Origin: an uncultured Verrucomicrobiae bacterium
Lineage (GTDB): Bacteria > Verrucomicrobiota > Verrucomicrobiia > Palsa-1439
Assembly (NCBI GenBank): GCA_963713705.1
Contig: CAVQMY010000024.1
Location: forward strand, 746 to 64,745
Direction of reading: 5' to 3'
DNA length: 64,000 bases
The notes below the pieces were generated by a model that was given only the letters and a program-made list of their open reading frames with translations, searched no databases and had not been told where the DNA came from. Every line of letters begins with the position of its first letter. Position 1 is the first letter of the stretch. This document shows, in pieces, positions 56,902 to 64,000 of this stretch. The translations under genes were made by a program, and so were the position numbers.

Positions 56902-57636
56902 ATGCTGGGCGTGGCCGAGTCGCAGAGAGAGCCTGGTAAATTTACGCTTGGGGACACGGCGCGCGTCGTTGGTGTCGTGTCGCAACCGGGCACGCTGGCC
57001 CGGTTGGCGGCCCGCGCCGAGCGCGATTGCGATATTGTGGAAGTGCGCGTCGACCTGATCGGGCCGTACGCGCCGCACTCGCCCCGGGCGGAACCGGTCT
57101 GGCTCCAGCACGCGCAAGCCATCGAAGCGCGCGGCTTGCCGGTGGTGGTGACGGTTCGTCTCGACGCCGAGGGCGGGAAATGGAAGCAACCCGATGAATT
57201 GCGCCTGCCGCTGTTCGAGGAAGCATTGCGCCATCTGGCGGCAGCGGACATCGAATTGCGCAGTCCGATTATTGAGCAGGTATCGGCGCTGGCGCGGGAG
57301 CACAAGCGCGCGCTGATCGTGTCGCACCACGATTTCGGACGGACGCCGCCGCTGGAGGATCTCCGGGTGATCGTCGACAAGGCCTCCCGCTACGGCACGG
57401 TGGCTAAGATCGTCACGATGGTCAGGACCGAGGAGGATCTCGCCATCTTGCGGGCGCTGCTCGCCGAGAAACGTCCCACACCGTTGTGCGTGCTCGGAAT
57501 GGGGCCGCTCGGCCCGCAGACACGCGTTGATTTCCCGAGGCTCGGTTCGTGCCTGACGTACGGCTACCTCGATACACCCGTGGCGCCCGGGCAGGTGTCC
57601 GCGCGCGAATTGATGCGGCAGTTGTACGGCCGATGA
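56902..57636 (+). CDS. aroD: Type I 3-dehydroquinate dehydratase
   Basis: VEVRVD, TVR...EGG, IVSHHDF..TP, GMGPLG..TR, APGQ. Confidence 0.9.
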   Translation: MLGVAESQREPGKFTLGDTARVVGVVSQPGTLARLAARAERDCDIVEVRVDLIGPYAPHSPRAEPVWLQHAQAIEARGLPVVVTVRLDAEGGKWKQPDELRLPLFEEALRHLAAADIELRSPIIEQVSALAREHKRALIVSHHDFGRTPPLEDLRVIVDKASRYGTVAKIVTMVRTEEDLAILRALLAEKRPTPLCVLGMGPLGPQTRVDFPRLGSCLTYGYLDTPVAPGQVSARELMRQLYGR

Positions 57637-57640
57637 TGGG

Positions 57641-58510
57641 TCAGGCGGATACCTGCGCCAACCGTTTCATCGCGATCTGGCAGTACTTCTTCGAAACGTC
57701 GACGTGGATGAAATGCCGTCCCGTCTTCTTCGCCACGACGGCCACGGTTCCCGTCCCGCCAAACGGATCGAGCACCATGTTGCCCCGGTAGCTGTAGAAT
57801 TTAATCAGGCGGTAGATCAACTCTTCGGGAAATGGGGCGGGATGTCCGTCTCGGTCTGGTTGGGCGGTTTTCGTTCCACGGCGTGTCGGATACAAGCTTT
57901 TCAAAAACGGCTGACGGCCTTTCGTTTCCGGCCCGATCCGCCAGAACCCGTCGGAGAACTTGATGAACTCCCCGCCATCGATATCGGCGAGCTTCTTGTC
58001 GCCCTCGAGCGTCCACGAACCTTTGGAAAAGACGAGTACGTACTCCCAACTGGGAATGATATGCGGATTGCGCGGACTTTTCCACGAACCCCAGGCGGTC
58101 CGGCGGCGCATGGTCTGTTTGTACCAAATGATCTCGGTGCGCATGATGAAGCCCAGGTCGCGGAGTTGCGCGGCGATGTCGTAGTGGATCGGCTTGAAAT
58201 CTTTGATACTGGTCGGCGCGATGTTGAGGGCGAACCGCCCGCCATCGACGAGGACGCGGTGAAGTTCGCGCCACACCGGCAACAGCCAGGCGAGATACTC
58301 GGCGTACGACATGCGGTCGATGTGGCCGTCGTAGTCGAGTCCGACGTTGTACGGCGGCGATGTGATGGCCAGATGCACGGATTCCTTGGGCATCTCGCGC
58401 AGCACATCACGGCAATCACCGCGGATCAGACGGTCTTTCCAGCCGGGCTTTTTCACATGCTTCTTATAGCGCAACACCTTGCTCGCCGGAAGCGGAATCT
58501 GTTGGTACAA
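57641..58510 (-). CDS. Orphan amino-DNA methyltransferase (beta class); true start may be GTG 58456
   Basis: ITSPPY precedes HPAPFP and VLDPFGGTGT. Confidence 0.9.
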   Translation of the reverse strand: MYQQIPLPASKVLRYKKHVKKPGWKDRLIRGDCRDVLREMPKESVHLAITSPPYNVGLDYDGHIDRMSYAEYLAWLLPVWRELHRVLVDGGRFALNIAPTSIKDFKPIHYDIAAQLRDLGFIMRTEIIWYKQTMRRRTAWGSWKSPRNPHIIPSWEYVLVFSKGSWTLEGDKKLADIDGGEFIKFSDGFWRIGPETKGRQPFLKSLYPTRRGTKTAQPDRDGHPAPFPEELIYRLIKFYSYRGNMVLDPFGGTGTVAVVAKKTGRHFIHVDVSKKYCQIAMKRLAQVSA

Positions 58511-58519
58511 TCAACCACG

Positions 58520-59041
58520 ATGAAAAACCTGGTGTTGGTTGGATTCATGGGCAGCGGCAAGACGGACGCGGGCAAGGTCGCCGCTGCGCGGCTCGGGATG
58601 AAGTTTGTGGACATGGATGGGATTATCGAACAGCGCCATAACCAGACGGTCTCACAGATTTTCGAGACGAAGGGCGAGGCCCATTTTCGTCAGCAGGAAC
58701 GGGCGCTGGTTCGCGAACTGGCTTCCGGAGAAGGTCGGGTGATCGCCACCGGCGGTGGTGTCGTGCTGGATCCGAACAATCTTCGAGATTTCGGCCGCAC
58801 GAGCGTCGTCATTTGCTGTTGGGTGGACCCCGACGTTGCTTACAAACGCACCAAGGATGCCAAGCATCGGCCCTTGTTGGAAGAAGCTGATGCCGATCGC
58901 CGCACGCGGATTGAGACGTTGTTGCGTGACCGCGAACAGTTGTACAAAGCCATTCCACTGCGAATCGACACCTCGGCGATGACCGTGGAGCAACAAGCCG
59001 GTGAAATTGTCCGCATCTACAAAGAGCAAACCGGATTGTAG
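58520..59041 (+). CDS. aroK: Shikimate kinase
   Basis: LVGFMGSGKT, VDMD, IATGGG, RPLL. Confidence 0.95.
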   Translation: MKNLVLVGFMGSGKTDAGKVAAARLGMKFVDMDGIIEQRHNQTVSQIFETKGEAHFRQQERALVRELASGEGRVIATGGGVVLDPNNLRDFGRTSVVICCWVDPDVAYKRTKDAKHRPLLEEADADRRTRIETLLRDREQLYKAIPLRIDTSAMTVEQQAGEIVRIYKEQTGL

Positions 59042-60209
59042 CGGCCCGCCTTCGCCAAGCCCGCCACAGCGGGTAAAGCTTCCGCCTGCGCCGAGGCTAC
59101 GGCGGACAAGTCGGCGGGCAGGGACGCCCCGACCTCGGAGTCGGGGTAAACTCGCTCGACAAATCAAGGAGAAGGCCCGCGCGATCGGTTTCGATCTCGT
59201 CGGCATCTCAAACGCGCAGCCGCAGCACACGCAGGAATTCCGGCAGTGGCTCACGGCAGGTTTTCACGGTGAGATGGGCTACATGGCCAGGAACGCGGAG
59301 AAGCGCGTCGATCCATCCAAAATTCTGGCCGGCGTGCAATCCGTGGTGGTTGTTGGATTGAATTACAATGCCGAGACGCCGCGACAGCCCCGCTCGGAGC
59401 GGGGTAAAGGGACGCGGCCTACAACGGCTCGGATTGCGCGGTACGCATGGGGGGCGCGCGACTACCACGACGTGATGTCCGAAAAGTTGAAGCAACTCGC
59501 GGCGGCCATCGATGAATGTGGCGGACCGGGCACGCGTTCGCTCTGGTATGTGGACACCGGCCCGATTCTCGAACGAGACCTGGCGCAGCGCGCGGGGATC
59601 GGATTCATCGGCAAACACACGAACCTCATCAGCCGTCGGCTGGGCAATTGGATTTTCGTGGGCGAGGTGCTGACGAATCTCGAATTGCCGCCGGATAAGC
59701 CCGAGCGCGAATACTGCGGCACGTGCCGGCGGTGCATCAACGTGTGTCCCACGCGCGCGATCGTCGCGCCGTACCAACTCGACGCGCGGTTGTGTATCAG
59801 CTATCTGACGATCGAGTTGAAGGGCGCGATTCCCGTCGAGTTGCGGCCGCTCGTCGGCGACCATGTGTTCGGCTGCGATGATTGCCTCGACGTATGCCCG
59901 TGGAACCGGTTCGCGAAGCTCTCGCCCGCGCGCGAGTTTCAGCGGCGCGAGACGCCGCCGCTGACCGAGTTTCTCTCGTGGGACGAGCAACAGTTTCGCG
60001 ATTTCTTCCATGGCACCCCGATCCTCCGCATCAAGCGCCGCGGCTTCCTCCGCAACGTCTGCGTCGTGCTCGGCAACATCGGCGACGCCTCCGCCCTGCC
60101 TGCGTTGGAGCGGGCATTGGCTGACCCCGAACCGCTCGTGCGAGAGCACGCGGCGTGGGCCATTGACCAGATTCAGAGCCGCTGTTTGGGCATAAAGTCT
60201 GCTGTTTAA
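59001..60209 (+). CDS. queG: Epoxyqueuosine reductase (start codon uncertain)
   Basis: ARYAWG.RDYH, VDTGPILER, CGTCRRCINVCPT, GCDDCLDVCPWN. Confidence 0.92.
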   Translation: MKLSASTKSKPDCSGPPSPSPPQRVKLPPAPRLRRTSRRAGTPRPRSRGKLARQIKEKARAIGFDLVGISNAQPQHTQEFRQWLTAGFHGEMGYMARNAEKRVDPSKILAGVQSVVVVGLNYNAETPRQPRSERGKGTRPTTARIARYAWGARDYHDVMSEKLKQLAAAIDECGGPGTRSLWYVDTGPILERDLAQRAGIGFIGKHTNLISRRLGNWIFVGEVLTNLELPPDKPEREYCGTCRRCINVCPTRAIVAPYQLDARLCISYLTIELKGAIPVELRPLVGDHVFGCDDCLDVCPWNRFAKLSPAREFQRRETPPLTEFLSWDEQQFRDFFHGTPILRIKRRGFLRNVCVVLGNIGDASALPALERALADPEPLVREHAAWAIDQIQSRCLGIKSAV

Positions 60210-60232
60210 TGGCCGTTTTGGGGGGCAAATCG

Positions 60233-62440
60233 ATGTTGATCGTTTATGGCATAACCATATTTACGGGCGCCGCGCTGCTATTTGTCGTGCAGCCGATGGT
60301 CGGGCGGATGGTATTGCCGTTGCTGGGCGGTTCGCCCGCGGTGTGGAACACGGCGATGGTTTTTTATCAGGCGGTGTTACTGGCCGGATACGCCTACGCG
60401 CATTTCACGATCCGATGGCTGGGCGTGCGTCGCCAGGCCGCACTGCACGCCGTGCTGCTCGTGCTCCCGTTCCTGGCGATGCCGGTGGTGATCCCACTCG
60501 GTTGGGTGCCACCCACGACGCACAATCCGATTCCATGGTTGCTGGCGGTGCTGGCGATGACGGTTGGCGTGCCGTTCTTCGTCGTGTCGGCCACGAGTCC
60601 GCTGTTGCAGCGCTGGTTTTCCGCGAGTGGACATCGCGACGCGACCGACCCGTACTTTCTGTATGCGGCGAGCAACTGCGGCAGCCTACTCGCGCTGGTG
60701 TGCTATCCCGCGTTCATCGAGCCGCACCTGCGATTGAGTCAACAGAGCCAGTGGTGGACGGTCGGGTACGATTTGCTGGCGGGGCTCACCGCGGTGTGCG
60801 GATTGTGGATCACGCGCAAGCTTCGCCTGGCCGGCGTGGCGGAGATTTCTTCCCGCGAGGCGTCGTCGGAGGCTTCTCCCGAAAAACTGACCGCGCGTCG
60901 TCGGTGGCGGTGGGTGGTGCTGGCGTTCGTGCCGTGCAGCCTGATGTTGAGCGTGACGACGTACATCACGTCGGAGGTCGCGCCGATCCCGTTGTTGTGG
61001 GTGATTCCATTGGGGATCTACCTGCTGGCGTTCATTCTCGTGTTTGCCCGGCGACGAGTGCTGCCGCGTCGCTGGATGGCGTGTGCGTTGCCGGTGGCGG
61101 TAGCCGCGGTGGTGGCCACGCTGATCGCGCGGGTGGTGCACCCGATTGGGTTGCTGATCGGGTTGCATCTGGCGTGTTTGTTCATCGTGTCGATGGTATG
61201 CCTCGGTGAACTGGCGGACGACCGGCCGTCCACAGCGCACCTGACGGAATTTTATCTGTGGCTGTCGGCGGGCGGCGTGCTCGGCGGGATATTCAACGCC
61301 ATGCTGGCGCCGGTGATTTTTTCGACGGTGGTGGAATACCCGCTGACGCTCGTGCTGACATGCGCGCTGATGCCGAATTGGACGAAGGCGCCGGCGACGC
61401 GGCGGCAGCGAGTCGTCGATTTCGCGTTGCCGCTGATCATCGGATTGTTCGCGGCGAATCTCCTGGAAGTGTTGCGTGGTGGGACGAGGTGGCCGGTGTC
61501 GGTCACGATGATGGTGATGTACGGCGTACCGACGGTGCTGTGCCTGTTGTTTGTACGACGACCGCTGCGGTTTGCGTTGGGGTTGGCGGGCGTGCTTGTG
61601 GCCTGCGCGTTTGTGCCAGGGTATGCGGACCGCACGCTGCTGGTGGAGCGCAACTTTTTCGGCATCCACCGGATCAGCCTGGACCCGGCGGGACGATATC
61701 ATTGGTTGATGCACGGGAACACGATCCACGGCATCCAACACGTCGATCGGCGCGAGCGCGACGAGCCATTGGCCTATTTTACAACTTGGGGACCGTTCGG
61801 GCAGGCATTCGCGACGCTGGACGATTCGTTGAAGAAACGCGTGGGCGTGATCGGGCTGGGGGCGGGATCGCTGGCGGGATACGGGCGGCGCGGCGAGCGC
61901 TGGACGTTTTACGAGATCGACCCGGCAGTGGAAGAGATTGCGGAGGACCCGCGGTACTTTACGTATTTGCACGATTGCCCGGTGGACGTGGATGTGGTGA
62001 TGGGCGACGCGCGGCTGTCGTTGCAGCAGGCGCCGGACGGTCAATACGGGGTGCTGGTGCTGGACGCGTACACGTCAGACACGATCCCGCTGCATTTGAT
62101 CACGCGAGAGGCGTTGGCGCTGTATTTACGGAAGCTGGCGCCGGATGGGGTGCTGATTTTCCACATCTCGAACCGTCATCTGCGGCTGGAGCGCGTGTTG
62201 GGCGTGCTGGCGCAGAACGCGGGGCTGGCATGCGTGATCCAGAACGAATCGGGAGGCGGCGAGGGCGAATTGCTGGCGACGGGAAAGATTTCGTCGAAAT
62301 GGGTGGTCATGGCGCGGCGCCCGGAAGCGTTGGCGGGATTGATCCGCGATCCGCGCTGGCAACGTCCGCCACCCCATCTGCAAGCGCGTTTGTGGACCGA
62401 CGACTACGCGAGCGTGTTCAGCGTGTTCATCTGGCGGTGA
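60233..62440 (+). CDS. Fused membrane / spermidine-synthase-like methyltransferase protein
   Basis: LLGGSPAVWNT, HGNTIHG, VIGLGAG, YEIDP, LDAYTSD, WTDD. Confidence 0.88.
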   Translation: MLIVYGITIFTGAALLFVVQPMVGRMVLPLLGGSPAVWNTAMVFYQAVLLAGYAYAHFTIRWLGVRRQAALHAVLLVLPFLAMPVVIPLGWVPPTTHNPIPWLLAVLAMTVGVPFFVVSATSPLLQRWFSASGHRDATDPYFLYAASNCGSLLALVCYPAFIEPHLRLSQQSQWWTVGYDLLAGLTAVCGLWITRKLRLAGVAEISSREASSEASPEKLTARRRWRWVVLAFVPCSLMLSVTTYITSEVAPIPLLWVIPLGIYLLAFILVFARRRVLPRRWMACALPVAVAAVVATLIARVVHPIGLLIGLHLACLFIVSMVCLGELADDRPSTAHLTEFYLWLSAGGVLGGIFNAMLAPVIFSTVVEYPLTLVLTCALMPNWTKAPATRRQRVVDFALPLIIGLFAANLLEVLRGGTRWPVSVTMMVMYGVPTVLCLLFVRRPLRFALGLAGVLVACAFVPGYADRTLLVERNFFGIHRISLDPAGRYHWLMHGNTIHGIQHVDRRERDEPLAYFTTWGPFGQAFATLDDSLKKRVGVIGLGAGSLAGYGRRGERWTFYEIDPAVEEIAEDPRYFTYLHDCPVDVDVVMGDARLSLQQAPDGQYGVLVLDAYTSDTIPLHLITREALALYLRKLAPDGVLIFHISNRHLRLERVLGVLAQNAGLACVIQNESGGGEGELLATGKISSKWVVMARRPEALAGLIRDPRWQRPPPHLQARLWTDDYASVFSVFIWR

Positions 62441-62508
62441 ACGGGCGTCACGGCTATCCCTTTACAGGGTAGTCATCTTTCCGTAGTCTGTGGGCAGGTT
62501 CCCTACAA

Positions 62509-64000
62509 ATGAATTCTTGTCGGCGGCACTCATGGCAGCTCACGCTCGTGTGGCTTGGTCTGTTGGGACTGGCGGTGGCGCTACGGGCCTATCATCTGAC
62601 GGGGTTTACCTTCAACTACGACGAGGCGCACTGGCTGCTGTATGAGTTGGACAAACGACTGCTGTTCGAAGCGTTGCGAAGTTCGCGACCGCGGCCTGAC
62701 CTTTTGTTTCCGCTGATTGCCAGCGTTCCTGTCAGAGCGTTTGGGCCCAACGAACTGGCGTTGCGCTTGTGGTCCGTGCTGGCGGGATCGTTTTCCATTT
62801 TCCCGTTGGGGGCACTGATTTTTCGGCTGACCGGAAAGCGCGGGGTCGCGTTGATTGGCGCGGCATTCCTCACGGTGCTACCCTTGCATGTCTACTATTC
62901 GGCGCACGGGATTCCGGATGTGACCGCGTTGTTCTTCGGTCTGTGCGCGCTGGCGTTGCTGATCCGCGCGCGGGAGACGAACTCACTGGCGAGCTTCGTC
63001 GGGATGGGGATTTTTCTGGCGTTGGCCCTGCTCACGAAAGCAACGGCGCTGTACGGCTGGGGATTCCTCGTGGTCGCCGGGTACTTCCTATTCGAGAATT
63101 CACGTCAACGCCGCACGTTCTACGCGGCGCTCGGTCTGTCGATCATTCCGCTGGCGTTGGTGACGTCGGTGATTCTGCTGCGGGGCCAGCCCATGACGTT
63201 TCTTCACGAACCGGGTGTTACTCGCCAGTTCGGGCCGTCGCTGACCCGACTCGGGTTGCATTTGCGGTCCGTAATTGGCTTTTACGGCGTGTTGCTTCTG
63301 GTGGCCGGGATCGGCGCGGCGGTGGTGGCCGTTCGCGCCGCGGGAGGCTCAGTGGCGGACCGTCGGCTTTTGGTCTGGCTTCTGCCTGTGGTCAATCTGG
63401 TCGTGACGCCGTTCTTTCGAGATGGACACGTGGAGTTGCTCTGGCTGATTCCGAGTGTGTGTCTGTTTGCCGCGGTGGCGCTGACGGCGTTGCGGGGCGG
63501 GTGGAAGTGGCTGGGTACTTGGTCGGTATGCGCGATCCTGCTGATGCGTTCACTGAACGGAGTGTCGCTGCCCGATCCGGGGCCGGGGCTGGCGGCGAGC
63601 GATTACACGACCGCGGTGCTGGATCGACCGGTCGGCTGGCCATCGCGGGACGCGGCGCGCTGGCTGACGTCGCACTCCACGGCGGACGACACGATGTTGT
63701 TCACGGCGTACACGTTCACCGATCCGTTGCTACTGGAGCTGAGCCGGGTTCGCCACGTGATTCCCAACGGCGGCGAGAGCTGGGAACTGTTGCGTGATTC
63801 CACCAATCGGGTGCGATACGTGGTGTTCACGCATGACTACCACGCGTATGTGCCGTCGCTGGCGCGGTACGCCGACACGCATTTTGCGCAGCCCGCCGAT
63901 GCGCGGTTTCCGGGTTATGGCATCTACGACTGCCAGAAGGGGGGCGAGTTCGTCGCGTACGCGGATGCCTACAACAGCAGCGCCCGTTACGTGCAGGAGG
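62509..64000 (+). CDS. Partial GT-C (ArnT/PMT-like) membrane glycosyltransferase running off the window end
   Basis: Manual translation MNSCRRHSWQLTLVWLGLLGLAVALRAYHL...FNYDEAHW...ELALRLWSVLAG...LALLTK. Confidence 0.75.
   Translation, partial: MNSCRRHSWQLTLVWLGLLGLAVALRAYHLTGFTFNYDEAHWLLYELDKRLLFEALRSSRPRPDLLFPLIASVPVRAFGPNELALRLWSVLAGSFSIFPLGALIFRLTGKRGVALIGAAFLTVLPLHVYYSAHGIPDVTALFFGLCALALLIRARETNSLASFVGMGIFLALALLTKATALYGWGFLVVAGYFLFENSRQRRTFYAALGLSIIPLALVTSVILLRGQPMTFLHEPGVTRQFGPSLTRLGLHLRSVIGFYGVLLLVAGIGAAVVAVRAAGGSVADRRLLVWLLPVVNLVVTPFFRDGHVELLWLIPSVCLFAAVALTALRGGWKWLGTWSVCAILLMRSLNGVSLPDPGPGLAASDYTTAVLDRPVGWPSRDAARWLTSHSTADDTMLFTAYTFTDPLLLELSRVRHVIPNGGESWELLRDSTNRVRYVVFTHDYHAYVPSLARYADTHFAQPADARFPGYGIYDCQKGGEFVAYADAYNSSARYVQE

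Overview
Chromosomal window from a GC-rich bacterium. 16S signatures (GGCGTGGATAAGACATGCAAG, CACCTACGGGTGGCAGCAG) point to Verrucomicrobiota/PVC. In order, it holds: secreted-protein genes including a large S8 protease; a long GreA; a wza-wzc pair; two IS elements (IS630 and IS5) stacked at one CTAG; an ECF-sigma/Spy-CpxP/archease operon; rlmN; gyrB-HEPN-gyrA; an Rrf2 regulator and a SAM-I riboswitch-controlled thrC-like/moaD/NIL/cysH/cysD/cysNC sulfur operon; carbonic anhydrase; ubiE; galK/galM; pstS; tRNA-Ser with a decayed island; TPR/GT-C membrane proteins; a beta-propeller repeat protein; csp; a complete rRNA operon (16S, tRNA-Ala, tRNA-Ile, 23S, 5S); and aroD/MTase/aroK/queG. The most striking item is a ~285-nt insertion in helix 25 of the 23S rRNA, closed by a long stem, that encodes a small GIY-YIG nuclease. 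Other highlights are a Wzc with an internal Wza-like export domain, an 18-aa Lys-rich micro-ORF after gyrA, an orphan HEPN gene between gyrB and gyrA, and a Zn-ribbon/PTS-EIIA fusion. The many frameshifts between ~21.7 and 35.1 kb, including in gyrA, look like sequencing errors. All family calls come from motif recognition by eye; no searches were run.
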